Source of the DNA: an uncultured Prochlorococcus sp.
GTDB taxonomy: Bacteria; Cyanobacteriota; Cyanobacteriia; PCC-6307; Cyanobiaceae
Assembly (NCBI GenBank): GCA_902565305.1
Contig: CACFEJ010000004.1
Span: 3,967-67,966 of the forward strand
DNA: 64,000 bases
Reading direction: 5' to 3'
Positions within the stretch are counted from its first letter, which is position 1. Every line of letters begins with the position of its first letter. This document shows positions 41,243-51,203 of this stretch, in pieces. The notes under the pieces were generated by a model, which was not told the DNA's origin, searched no databases, and saw nothing but the letters and a program-made list of their open reading frames with translations. The position numbers were made by a program, and so were the translations under genes.

Positions 41243-41854
41243 ATGCCAATAGGAACTCCAAGCGTGCCTTACAGACTTCCAGGAAGTCAATACGAAAGGT
41301 GGGTCGACATATACACAAGATTAGGTGTTGAAAGAATTCTTTTTCTTGGGCAAGAAGTGAATGATGGTATTGCTAATAGCCTTGTTGCACAAATGCTTTA
41401 TTTAGATTCTGATGATAATTCCAAACCTATATATCTGTATATAAATAGCCCAGGAGGATCAGTAACAGCTGGCTTGGCAATTTATGACACTATTAAATAT
41501 GTAAAAAGTGATGTAGTGACCATATGCGTAGGCCTTGCAGCCTCCATGGGAGCGTTCCTATTGGCCGCTGGTACAAAAGGTAAAAGGGTTGCTTTGCCCC
41601 ACAGCAGAATAATGATTCATCAACCCTTAGGAGGGACATCTCAACGCCAAGCAAGTGATATTGAAATAGAAGCTAAGGAAATTTTAAGAATTAAAGATAT
41701 GTTAAACATGTCTATGGCAGATATGACAGGCCAATCATTTGAGAAAATTGAAAAAGACACTGATAGAGATTATTTTCTAAGTGCGGAAGAAGCAAAAAAT
41801 TATGGATTAATTGATAGAGTGATTACACATCCAAGCGAAGCAAATCAGTCTTAA
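41243..41854 (+). CDS. clpP: ATP-dependent Clp protease proteolytic subunit (ClpP3-type)
   Basis: [22 protein letters not shown]. Confidence 0.96.
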   Translation: MPIGTPSVPYRLPGSQYERWVDIYTRLGVERILFLGQEVNDGIANSLVAQMLYLDSDDNSKPIYLYINSPGGSVTAGLAIYDTIKYVKSDVVTICVGLAASMGAFLLAAGTKGKRVALPHSRIMIHQPLGGTSQRQASDIEIEAKEILRIKDMLNMSMADMTGQSFEKIEKDTDRDYFLSAEEAKNYGLIDRVITHPSEANQS

Positions 41855-41964
41855 ACTTTCTAAATTAATTTTTTTATTTTAATTTTTTAAATTAATAATT
41901 TTTTTGGTTTATTACCACCTTAATGTCTAAAATAATAACTATCAAAAGCAAAGAAGCACAACTA

Positions 41965-42954
41965 ATGACTCAACTCTTTTACGACGCAGATGCAGATCTA
42001 AGTCTTTTAAATAATAAAACAATCGCGATTATTGGATATGGATCACAAGGTCACGCGCATGCCCTAAATCTTAAAGATAGCGGTATGGATGTAATTGTTG
42101 GATTATATAAAGGAAGCAAATCTGAAAGCAAAGCTATTAGCGATGGTCTAAAAGTCTTTAGCGTTTCTGAAGCTTGCGAAAAAGCAGACTGGATTATGAT
42201 TCTCCTCCCAGATGAGTTTCAGAAAGATGTTTACCTTAAAGAAATAGAACCAAACTTAAAAGAAGGAAAGATATTAAGTTTTGCTCATGGCTTCAATATA
42301 AGATTCGGACTTATCAAACCTCCTAGTTTTGTGGATGTTGTCATGATTGCCCCAAAAGGTCCTGGACACACTGTTCGTTGGGAATATCAGAATGGTCAAG
42401 GAGTTCCAGCGTTGTTTGCAGTAGAACAGGATTCTTCCGGAAATGCAAGATCATTGGCGATGGCTTACGCCAAAGGGATTGGCGGAACGAGAGCTGGGAT
42501 TCTTGAAACAAACTTCAAAGAAGAAACAGAAACTGATTTGTTTGGAGAACAAGCGGTTTTGTGCGGAGGATTATCAGAACTCGTCAAATCAGGTTTCGAA
42601 ACTCTTGTTGAGGCAGGCTATCAGCCGGAACTTGCTTACTTCGAATGCTTACATGAAGTTAAACTTATTGTTGATTTAATGGTGAAGGGAGGCTTATCTC
42701 AAATGAGAGATTCCATTTCAAATACTGCAGAATATGGAGATTACGTAAGTGGTAAAAGACTTATTAATAGTGACACAAAGAAAGAAATGCAGAAAATTCT
42801 AAAGGATATTCAAGATGGAACTTTTGCTAATAATTTTGTGGAAGAATGCGATAAAAACAAACCCTTAATGACAAAATTAAGAGAAGAGAACTCAAAACAT
42901 GAAATTGAGAAAGTGGGTAAAGGTCTGCGCTCGATGTTCAGTTGGCTGAAATAA
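41965..42954 (+). CDS. ilvC: Ketol-acid reductoisomerase
   Basis: [35 protein letters not shown]; start placed at MTQLFYD. Confidence 0.97.
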   Translation: MTQLFYDADADLSLLNNKTIAIIGYGSQGHAHALNLKDSGMDVIVGLYKGSKSESKAISDGLKVFSVSEACEKADWIMILLPDEFQKDVYLKEIEPNLKEGKILSFAHGFNIRFGLIKPPSFVDVVMIAPKGPGHTVRWEYQNGQGVPALFAVEQDSSGNARSLAMAYAKGIGGTRAGILETNFKEETETDLFGEQAVLCGGLSELVKSGFETLVEAGYQPELAYFECLHEVKLIVDLMVKGGLSQMRDSISNTAEYGDYVSGKRLINSDTKKEMQKILKDIQDGTFANNFVEECDKNKPLMTKLREENSKHEIEKVGKGLRSMFSWLK

Positions 42955-43967
42955 ATTTATTCTTACTATTTCTTGGATCAATTGGTTTTGATTTATTGAT
43001 TGGCGATCCAAGATTCTTAATACACCCTGTTCAAGTAATTGGCGTTTACATAAAAAAAACATCTGATTACCTAATAGATAATTTTGGAGAAAATAAAAAT
43101 ATATTGTTTTGGGGTGGTTTCTTCGTAGCTATATCGACTATTGGAATGAGTTTTGGTTTAGGGAAATTGATAGAACTGAGTTATGTGCAATCGAGAAATC
43201 ATTTTTTTGTTGGATTGTTAATTTTTTTTGGGCTTTCAAGTTGTATTGCGACTAAGGGACTTATTTCAAGTGTGAAAGAGATTGCAGGGCTAATAGAACG
43301 CAAAGAAATTAATAACCAAAATAAGAAAATAATTATAGAGAAGGTACAAAGAATAGTAAGTAGGGATGTAAGGTCATCTTCTATAAAACATCTCTTGAGA
43401 TCAAGTACCGAAAGCCTTACTGAAAATTCTGTTGATGGAATATTTGGACCATTATTTTGGATTTTTATTGGAATTATTTTTATGAAGTATTCAATTTTTC
43501 TACCAGGACCTTTGTCACTTGGTTTTTCTTATAAAGCCATAAGCACTTTAGATTCAATGATAGGTTACAAATATGATTATTTTAGATATTTGGGTTTTTT
43601 CAGTGCAAAAATAGAAGATATTTTTACATTTGTTCCTTCAAGATTAGTTTTAATCACGTTACCTTTAGTTAGCTCCAAAGTTAATGAGTATGGATCAATC
43701 ATAAAAAAAAGTTATCTTGATGGTAAAAAATATGATTCGCCTAATGCAGGGATTTCAGAAGCTATATTTGCCTATATTTCCGGTATTAAATTGGGAGGTA
43801 AAAGTAAATATAAAAATGAAATTATTGAAAAGCCAATAATTAATGAGACTGGAGATAATTGCACTGAAGAAAAAATCAAATTAATTTGTCAATTAATTAC
43901 GAGATTACAATTTTTGTGGATAATAATTTTTGCCTTAATTTTTTTTATAATATCTAGTTTAATTTGA
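42942..43967 (+). CDS. cbiB: Adenosylcobinamide-phosphate synthase CbiB/CobD
   Basis: DLLIGDP...[31 protein letters not shown]. Confidence 0.94.
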   Translation: MAEINLFLLFLGSIGFDLLIGDPRFLIHPVQVIGVYIKKTSDYLIDNFGENKNILFWGGFFVAISTIGMSFGLGKLIELSYVQSRNHFFVGLLIFFGLSSCIATKGLISSVKEIAGLIERKEINNQNKKIIIEKVQRIVSRDVRSSSIKHLLRSSTESLTENSVDGIFGPLFWIFIGIIFMKYSIFLPGPLSLGFSYKAISTLDSMIGYKYDYFRYLGFFSAKIEDIFTFVPSRLVLITLPLVSSKVNEYGSIIKKSYLDGKKYDSPNAGISEAIFAYISGIKLGGKSKYKNEIIEKPIINETGDNCTEEKIKLICQLITRLQFLWIIIFALIFFIISSLI

Positions 43968-44009
43968 TAATAAATTAGTTTAAAAATTATTAGAATAAAT
44001 TTAAAACCA

Positions 44010-44255
44010 ATGCAAGAAAACGGCTCTCAAATAGAAAATCAAAATGATGATCTTACTAATACATCATCAACTGATAATGAATACTCAAAATGGGTAGACA
44101 ATCAGGGTGATGAAGTTAATAATGTTTTTGGATTCAATAGCAGTGCTGAGCTTGTAAATGGTAGAGCAGCAATGATCGGATTCTTAATGCTCATATTAAC
44201 CGAGTTAGTTTTTAGCGGCAGACCAGTCACTTCTTCAATTTTTGGTATCAATTAA
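44010..44255 (+). CDS. hli: High-light-inducible protein (HLIP)
   Basis: AELVNGRAAMIGF chlorophyll-binding motif. Confidence 0.93.
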   Translation: MQENGSQIENQNDDLTNTSSTDNEYSKWVDNQGDEVNNVFGFNSSAELVNGRAAMIGFLMLILTELVFSGRPVTSSIFGIN

Positions 44256-44257
44256 AA

Positions 44258-44470
44258 ATGGAAGAAAAAAAATCTAATCCAATAAAAGCAATCCTATACA
44301 TATCTGTGTGGGTAATAATTTGGGGAACATTAGGCTCTTTCATTGATTATCCTCTTTATAAAAATAAAATTTACTTAGAAGGAAGCATATATCAGTATCT
44401 TACTTTCGCAATTACAGCGATAATATCAATAATAAGTGCAAAGTTTTTTTATAAGAAAATTGATTTATAA
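44258..44470 (+). CDS. Small 2-TM hypothetical protein
   Basis: 70 aa with two hydrophobic helices; starts 2 nt after the hli stop. Confidence 0.7.
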   Translation: MEEKKSNPIKAILYISVWVIIWGTLGSFIDYPLYKNKIYLEGSIYQYLTFAITAIISIISAKFFYKKIDL

Positions 44471-44722
44471 AAACTTGTACCTAAATTTCTTAATAATTTT
44501 TGCTGGTTCTTTACTTTCATTGGACTCGTAAAGTATCCACTGATGTGTCTCAGTATCATGATCACAACCATAATTTCCAGATGGGTTATCGTAACTTGAA
44601 AGATATGAATGACAATTTTGGTCTGCCTCAAAAGCGGAGTCATAACCAGTTAGAAAATATATCAAAAAAAGAACAGTTATCAATAAAAAAAATATTTGAT
44701 AAACTAAACTAACTACCTTCAT
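44465..44722 (-). CDS. Small membrane-anchored hypothetical protein
   Basis: 85 aa, N-terminal TM, CH...CDHD..THQW segment. Confidence 0.7.
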   Translation of the reverse strand: MKVVSLVYQIFFLLITVLFLIYFLTGYDSAFEADQNCHSYLSSYDNPSGNYGCDHDTETHQWILYESNESKEPAKIIKKFRYKFL

Positions 44723-44780
44723 AAGATATTCTAAAATTTAAATATATCATCTAATAAAATCTTTCGATCTAAAAATATAG

Positions 44781-45023
44781 CTAACGTCCAACATTAAATA
44801 CAAAGTCATGGAATTCTTGATTCTTTAAATACAGGATGACTAGCAATACTAAAATGATATTTAAGCCTATTACTATTGATCCAAAAATATTTATTTGTTT
44901 TTTGCCTGGCAAAGTGTAAGTAAATTTCTTACCTTTAAAAAAACCAGCTAAGCCTTTTTTTTCTTTTATTTGAGTATTTTGAGTATTATTCTTAACTTCA
45001 TTATCAGAAAAACCTTTTACCAT
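44781..45023 (-). CDS. Small single-TM hypothetical protein
   Basis: 80 aa, MVKGFS start, C-terminal TM. Confidence 0.7.
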   Translation of the reverse strand: MVKGFSDNEVKNNTQNTQIKEKKGLAGFFKGKKFTYTLPGKKQINIFGSIVIGLNIILVLLVILYLKNQEFHDFVFNVGR

Positions 45024-45077
45024 TAAAAATTAAATAACAAATTTATCATATTCCAAAAAAATAAAATTTTTTAATAA

Positions 45078-45389
45078 TTAACAATTTTTAATCACATAAG
45101 GGATCGTAAATGAAATTCTTTCATTTGAGAAATTTTTTAAAAAATAAGCTTCTATAATTGCCGACTGCATCCCCAATAAACTTGATTGACATTTGAATCT
45201 ATTTTGGTCAAATACAATTAATTGAAGTTTTTCTATTTCAGAAATTAACTCTTTGCAAACTTGGGCTTGAGAATCTTTAATACAATAACCTGCTCCCTTT
45301 AAAATCTTGGATTTTGTTGGTATTGTTTCAGCCATAACAAAATTAGATAACAACAAAAATTTCAGGAATAAAGTAGTTAAACATTTCAT
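45078..45389 (-). CDS. Small secreted Cys-containing hypothetical protein
   Basis: 103 aa, signal-like N-terminus, four Cys in the mature part. Confidence 0.7.
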   Translation of the reverse strand: MKCLTTLFLKFLLLSNFVMAETIPTKSKILKGAGYCIKDSQAQVCKELISEIEKLQLIVFDQNRFKCQSSLLGMQSAIIEAYFLKNFSNERISFTIPYVIKNC

Positions 45390-45468
45390 TACTTCTTAAG
45401 ATTTTCAAAATTTTGGATGCCTCGTTAAGAGTGATGAGCATTGAGCTAATTGCATATTTTTGCGATTT

Positions 45469-45497
45469 AAAAAAAAAGATGCCCTGAAAGAGCACCT
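45469..45497 (-). terminator. Intrinsic terminator of the HU gene
   Basis: Minus strand AGGTGCTC-tttca-GGGCATCT hairpin (with G-U pairs) followed by a long U-run, about 30 nt after the hup stop. Confidence 0.8.
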
Positions 45498-45528
45498 AGT
45501 TATTAAAGGAAGAAATAGATTAAAAAAA

Positions 45529-45804
45529 TTACCCTTGAACTCTATCCTTAAAAAGTTTACCTGCAGAAAATGTTGGAACTCTTTTAGCGGGTATTGCTAT
45601 TTTTTCGCCTGTCTTAGGGTTTAATCCCTGTCTTGCAGAACGATCTCTTGGTTCAAAAGAACCAAATCCTAGTAAAGAGACTTTTTTGCCTTCCACTACT
45701 GAATCAACAATAGTTTCAATAGCTGCATCAACAACTAAAGAAACATCCGTTTTTGTGAGCTCTGTACGAGCTGCTACAAGATTTACTAAATCAGCTTTGT
45801 TCAT
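45529..45804 (-). CDS. hup: DNA-binding protein HU
   Basis: MNKADLV, GFGSF, GLNPKTGE, PTFSAGK. Confidence 0.97.
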   Translation of the reverse strand: MNKADLVNLVAARTELTKTDVSLVVDAAIETIVDSVVEGKKVSLLGFGSFEPRDRSARQGLNPKTGEKIAIPAKRVPTFSAGKLFKDRVQG

Positions 45805-46429
45805 TGAAATTTAAATTAAAGCTAGGGGTTAAAAAAAAGATTTAAATCGATTTTAAACCTCGAACTTTCACATCATATGGAGCAAATACAAATACGGCAA
45901 CCGAAAATGCCGGTGGCGCAAAGCTTTATACAAATTTTAGGGACATTTTTAGCAAAATTATTTATTTCTTGTAGCCGCGCTTTTTCATTCATAAAAAAAA
46001 GTATCTTCATTTAGAGAACAGCAAAAAGCATTGGTAGCACTGAGTTTAGCATTAAAATTCTAACTACATTTAGCAAAGGGGGGAAATGTCAAAGGGGAGG
46101 TGAATTTAAGAATTTGAGCTATTTATTATGTTTTATTAATTTTCAGATATATTTCCTTCTCATCACATGAAAAAACACAATTTGTATTTTGAAATCAAGA
46201 AAAATCTGGTTTTCCCATAATTAAACTTTCTCTATAAATCGTTTTATGCACTGAGCAGATGGATGAAGAAATTGTAATTAATCAGAAAATTAATACTCTC
46301 CAAGATCTAATAAAGTTGATTAGTGAAGCCTTAAATTTGAGTTTTTTTTTATTTTTTACATCTATTATTCAAATATCAGTAATTTAAATAAATTATCTCA
46401 ATATTAAACTAATCAATGATAAAGAAAAA

Positions 46430-48463
46430 GTGATTCATCTCAATAAAGGTAAACCATTTCCTTTAGGGAGTTCTCTAACTTCACAAGGGATTAATTTTTC
46501 CTTAGTAGCCACAAATGCAGAATATGTAGAAATCTTATTGTTTGAGAAAGAGGACTCTATTTCCCCAAAAAGCATATTCAAATTAGATCAGACTCATAAT
46601 ACAGGTCCATACTGGCATGCGGAAATAAAAAATCTAGATGAAGGTTGTATTTATGCTTTTAGAGTGAAACAAAAAAATAATGAAATTAATAATAACTATG
46701 AAAAAAAAGTATTACTTGATCCATGTTCAAGGGGTATTACCGGATGGGGAAGTTATAAAAGAGAAAATGCCTTAAAAAATCAAGAAAATACTAATTCTTG
46801 TCTTAAAAGTGTTGTTTGCGATAGAAAATTATTTAATTTTAAGGATTATCCAAGACCGAAACATTCTTGGGAAGAAACAATTATTTATGAACTCCATATC
46901 AAAGCTTTCACTGAATCAACTGATAAAGATGAAAGTTGTTTTAAGAAATTCTTAAAAAAAATTCCTTATCTCAAAGAACTGGGTATTACAACAATTGAAT
47001 TACTTCCAATTTTTTGTTTTGATCCTACTGATGCACCAAATGGTCTAAAAAATTTTTGGGGATATAGTCCAATTAATTGGTTCACTCCGCATTTTGAATA
47101 TCTTTCGAATGAATCCGCCGAAAAGAATAGAGAGGAATTTAGAAGATTTGTAGAGGAATGTCATAAAGCAGACATTGAAGTCATATTAGATGTTGTATAC
47201 AATCACACTTGCGAAGGTGATTCAAAAGGGCCAGCAATATCTTGGAAAGGTATAGATGAAAATCTTTATTACTTTATTGGGAAAGATAAAAATTTTCAGG
47301 ACGTCTCCGGATGTGGTAATACTATTGCAGCAAACAGAGGATTAGTTAGAAAACTAATAATTGAATCTTTAAAATGTTGGGCGAGTGAATTAGGAGTTGA
47401 TGGTTTTAGATTTGATTTAGGAATTGCCCTATCAAGAGGAGAAAACCTTTCACCGCTTGATAATCCTCCAATCTTTGAAGATATAGAATGTGAACCAGAA
47501 CTTATCGATATTAAGTTCATAAGTGAGCCATGGGATTGTGGCGGTTTATATAAATTAGGTGATTTCCCATCTAAGAATACTTTCACTTGGAATGGTCATT
47601 TTAGAGATGACCTGAGGAGATTTTGGAACGGGGATAAAGATACAGCTTGGAATATGAGCGATAAAATCAAAGGTACTCCATCAATTTATAAAGGAGATAC
47701 TATTTTGCCAAAATCAATAAACTTTATAACTTCACATGATGGATTCACTCTAAAAGATTTAGTAACTTTCAATAGAAAACATAATTTTGCGAACAGAGAG
47801 CAAAACAGAGATGGTGATAACCATAACAATTCTTGGAATCATGGTACTGAGGGACCAACTACGAACTTATTAATCAATGATTTAAGAAAAAGACAACAAA
47901 AAAATCTTGTTCTTAGTTTACTTATCTCTAAAGGTGTTCCAATGATACTTATGGGTGATGAAATAGGAAGATCACAAGGCGGGAACAACAATTCTTGGTG
48001 CCAAGATAATTTATTGGGCTGGATGAATTGGGAACAAGGTCAACAAGATTTGGAATTATTAGAATATTTTAAATATGTTATAAAAATCCGAAAAAAACTA
48101 ATAAACATTTTCAATCCATCATTCTTCCCTAGTAATCAAACCAATAAAAATATTCCAACATATCATTGGCATGGAACAAAGTTAGATAGCCCCGATTGGA
48201 GTAGTTGGTCTCACACACTTGCCTTTAGCATTAACCAAGACAATACTAATCCGCTGGTTTGGATAGGTTTAAATGCGTATTCAAAAAGTATCGATTTCCC
48301 CTTGCCGAAATGTAAATATAATTGGTTAAAAGTTATCGACACTAGCATGTCTGAGATTTTTGAACCCTTAACCATTAATGAAAAATCTGTTTCAATAAAG
48401 AGTAGAAGCTCTTTACTAATCATTTCAGAAGAAGTATTTGAGGCAAAAAATAATTTATCCTAA
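46430..48463 (+). CDS. glgX: Glycogen debranching enzyme (isoamylase, GH13)
   Basis: GKPFPLG, FWGYSP, DVVYNH, GFRFDL, EPWD, SHDGF. Confidence 0.95.
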   Translation: MIHLNKGKPFPLGSSLTSQGINFSLVATNAEYVEILLFEKEDSISPKSIFKLDQTHNTGPYWHAEIKNLDEGCIYAFRVKQKNNEINNNYEKKVLLDPCSRGITGWGSYKRENALKNQENTNSCLKSVVCDRKLFNFKDYPRPKHSWEETIIYELHIKAFTESTDKDESCFKKFLKKIPYLKELGITTIELLPIFCFDPTDAPNGLKNFWGYSPINWFTPHFEYLSNESAEKNREEFRRFVEECHKADIEVILDVVYNHTCEGDSKGPAISWKGIDENLYYFIGKDKNFQDVSGCGNTIAANRGLVRKLIIESLKCWASELGVDGFRFDLGIALSRGENLSPLDNPPIFEDIECEPELIDIKFISEPWDCGGLYKLGDFPSKNTFTWNGHFRDDLRRFWNGDKDTAWNMSDKIKGTPSIYKGDTILPKSINFITSHDGFTLKDLVTFNRKHNFANREQNRDGDNHNNSWNHGTEGPTTNLLINDLRKRQQKNLVLSLLISKGVPMILMGDEIGRSQGGNNNSWCQDNLLGWMNWEQGQQDLELLEYFKYVIKIRKKLINIFNPSFFPSNQTNKNIPTYHWHGTKLDSPDWSSWSHTLAFSINQDNTNPLVWIGLNAYSKSIDFPLPKCKYNWLKVIDTSMSEIFEPLTINEKSVSIKSRSSLLIISEEVFEAKNNLS

Positions 48464-48464
48464 A

Positions 48465-48535
48465 AGCGGGCGGCGGGAATCGAACCCGCATCTTCAGCTT
48501 GGAAGGCTGAGGTTTTACCACTAAACCACGCCCGC
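48465..48535 (-). tRNA. tRNA-Gly(TCC)
   Basis: Minus strand GCGGGCG/CGCCCGC acceptor stem, TCAGC-CT-TCC-AA-GCTGA anticodon arm, GGTTCGATTCC. Confidence 0.97.
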
Positions 48536-48596
48536 ATTAAGTAATAGAATTACCATTGCAATAATACATTATCAAACAATAAACAAAGTAAAAAGA

Positions 48597-49994
48597 TTGG
48601 AAAATTCACACTCGAAAAAAAATATTTCTAGATCAACAACAAGATTAATGTTCTCTTATGGGCTAGGAGATGCAGGCACAGGTTTAGTCGCGACACAATT
48701 TGGTTTTTTTCTTTTCAAATTCTTTATTTCTGCTGGTTTACCAGTAATAATTGCAGGATCATTATTAATGTTAATAAAGATATGGGATGCAGTAAATGAT
48801 CCGTTAATTGGATGGTTAAGTGATCGTACTAAATCAAGATGGGGGCCTAGAATCCCTTGGATGGTAGCAGCATCTGTTCCCCTTGGTTTCTCTTTAGCTG
48901 CGATATGGTGGACACCCACTGGTTCAGTGCTAACCAAGACTATTTACTATGCCATAATTTCTATAATCGTAATGACTGCTTATACAAGTATTAATCTTCC
49001 TTTCGCAGCTCTTTCTACTGAAATTTCTGAAAAAACAGCAATAAGAACAAGACTAAACGCATCTAGATTTACTGGCTCAATAATCGCAGGACTAACTGGT
49101 TTAATAATTGCTGGAGTTGTATTAGGTTCCGAAGGATCAGCAAATAATGAATATTTTTTAATGGGTAAAATAAGCGGATGTATTGCAGTTGCTGCAACAT
49201 TAATTTCTTGTTGGGGATTAGCTCCATTCGCAAAAAAAGCAAGAAGGCCTTCAGGAAAAGTTGAAGCTATAACACTTCAATTCAAAAGGATCTTCAGAAA
49301 TAAAAAATTTCTAAAAGTTATTACGCTCTATATTCTTCTCTGGTGCGCCTTACAATTAATGCAAACAGTAGCGTTAATTTATGTCGAGGATGTACTGAAC
49401 GTACCAACTTATATTGCGAAGTGGATCCCGATACCTTTCCAAATTAGCGCTTTAGTGGGTTTACAAATATGGACCAGAGTATCAAATAAATTGAACAGGA
49501 TTTCAGCGTTAAACTATGGAGCGATTATGTGGATTATTTCATGTACAGCAGCTTTATTTTTACCTTCATTATCAAAAATTTCAGGAGCTGGAGATATTTT
49601 ATTCCTAAATGCCAGCAATATATTTCTGTTCATTCTTTTAATTTTCATAATCTGTCTTATTGGCATTGGTGCTTCAACCGCTTTTCTTATCCCTTGGTCA
49701 CTACTACCTGATGCAATAGACGAAGACCCAGAAAAACCAGCAGGATTATATACTGCTTGGATGGTACTTATTCAGAAGATTGGTATCGCGTTTAGTGTTC
49801 AATTATTAGGATTTTTATTGTATTTATCAGGTTATCAATCATGCTTTGTTGATAAAGATGGCCTTAATATTATTGAACAATGCTACTCAGCACAATTAAC
49901 TATTAGATTATGTATTGGCTTTATACCCTCAATATTGGTAATCATTGGTCTTTTAATCATGAGAAAATGGGATCGAAAATTAATTACAAACTAA
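48597..49994 (+). CDS. MFS transporter, GPH/MelB (MFS_2) family; alternative start ATG 48648
   Basis: YGLGD, WDAVNDPLIGWLSDRTKSRWGPRIPW; about 12 TMs. Confidence 0.9.
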   Translation: MENSHSKKNISRSTTRLMFSYGLGDAGTGLVATQFGFFLFKFFISAGLPVIIAGSLLMLIKIWDAVNDPLIGWLSDRTKSRWGPRIPWMVAASVPLGFSLAAIWWTPTGSVLTKTIYYAIISIIVMTAYTSINLPFAALSTEISEKTAIRTRLNASRFTGSIIAGLTGLIIAGVVLGSEGSANNEYFLMGKISGCIAVAATLISCWGLAPFAKKARRPSGKVEAITLQFKRIFRNKKFLKVITLYILLWCALQLMQTVALIYVEDVLNVPTYIAKWIPIPFQISALVGLQIWTRVSNKLNRISALNYGAIMWIISCTAALFLPSLSKISGAGDILFLNASNIFLFILLIFIICLIGIGASTAFLIPWSLLPDAIDEDPEKPAGLYTAWMVLIQKIGIAFSVQLLGFLLYLSGYQSCFVDKDGLNIIEQCYSAQLTIRLCIGFIPSILVIIGLLIMRKWDRKLITN

Positions 49995-50003
49995 TATAAA
50001 GAT

Positions 50004-50759
50004 ATGTATTACCTTGATTTTTTCAAAAGACTTCTAAGCAGCCTAGTCATTGGCGGGCAGGCAATTAATTTTATCTTTAAGGGTAAAATTTCCAAAAATG
50101 ATCTCTTTGAGCAACTTATGGAGTCAGGTCCTGGCAGTTTGTTAATTGTATTAATTACGGGAATTGCCGCAGGTACAGTTTTTAATATTCAAGTTGCATC
50201 ACAACTTACAAGTATGGGGGTTTCAAGTGAAATTGGAGGTTTATTAGCAGTAGGCATGGCAAGAGAAATGGCTCCTCTTCTAACTGCTACTTTAATGACT
50301 GGAAAGGTTGCAACTGCCTATGCTGCTCAACTGGGTACTATGAAAGTCACAGAACAAATTGAAGCAATAACCATGTTAAGGACCGAACCAGTCCAATATT
50401 TGGTAGTCCCAAGGTTACTATCGATGGTTATTATGTCTCCAATACAGTGTCTTTTGTTTTTATCTGTAGCTTTATGGAGTGGACAAATTTGGAGCACAAT
50501 TTTTTATAAAGTTCCTCCAATAGTTTTTTGGACATCTGTAAGATCAGGAAATGTGAGTTTAACCAGTGCAGATTTAACTGCAATGTTAATAAAATCTGTA
50601 GTGTTCGGATTACTTATTTCAATCATTGCTTGTGGATATGGACTTACAACCAAAGGAGGTCCAAAAGAAGTTGGAACAAGTACAACAGGTGCAGTTGTAA
50701 TGACTCTCGTTACTGTATCTTTAATGGATGTATTACTAACGCAAATTTTATTTGGATGA
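50004..50759 (+). CDS. mlaE: MlaE/TGD1-family lipid ABC permease
   Basis: REMAPLLTA, AQLGTMKVTEQIEA, LVVPR, GGPKEVGTSTT. Confidence 0.92.
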   Translation: MYYLDFFKRLLSSLVIGGQAINFIFKGKISKNDLFEQLMESGPGSLLIVLITGIAAGTVFNIQVASQLTSMGVSSEIGGLLAVGMAREMAPLLTATLMTGKVATAYAAQLGTMKVTEQIEAITMLRTEPVQYLVVPRLLSMVIMSPIQCLLFLSVALWSGQIWSTIFYKVPPIVFWTSVRSGNVSLTSADLTAMLIKSVVFGLLISIIACGYGLTTKGGPKEVGTSTTGAVVMTLVTVSLMDVLLTQILFG

Positions 50760-50763
50760 TCCT

Positions 50764-51168
50764 ATGTTTAATACTAAATCAAAAAAAGAGGAGCCAGTAA
50801 TAATATCTCCTTCATTTCAGTTGCCAATCATTCTAATAGTTTTAAGTTTTATGCTTTTGTTTTTGAATATTGGTTCTTTACCAACAATAGTTTTTGCTTC
50901 TTTTAGCTTTTTTTTATTACTTCAGTCATTCACCTTAAGAATAAAAATAACAAATGATGATTTTATCGTTTTACAATTAGGGAAAGAGATTAGAACTTTT
51001 CCATTCAAGAACTGGATATCATGGAAATTCTTTTTCCCTATAATCCCAGGTATTTTTTATTTTAGAGAAAAGTCCAGTCCTCATTTATTACCAATTTTAT
51101 TTAATCCAAAGCAATTAAAAGATGAGCTCATAAAAAAAGTTGACTCCCTGGAAATTAAAAATTCTTAA
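50764..51168 (+). CDS. DUF3119-family membrane protein
   Basis: Two TMs then FYFREKSSPHLLPILF; start placed at the second Met. Confidence 0.8.
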   Translation: MFNTKSKKEEPVIISPSFQLPIILIVLSFMLLFLNIGSLPTIVFASFSFFLLLQSFTLRIKITNDDFIVLQLGKEIRTFPFKNWISWKFFFPIIPGIFYFREKSSPHLLPILFNPKQLKDELIKKVDSLEIKNS

Positions 51169-51203
51169 AATTCAGACTTTGCCTAATCATCAAAATTATT
51201 TAA

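Noticed and set aside
44449-44712. Alternative ORFs 44449-44643 (-) and 44500-44712 (+)
   Set aside because: Overlap the better-formed 85-aa TM-anchored ORF
46259-46387. 42-aa + ORF MDEEIVINQK...SFFLFFTSIIQISVI in the HU-glgX spacer
   Set aside because: The hydrophobic tail derives from poly-T runs and there is no motif; cannot be distinguished from chance without conservation data
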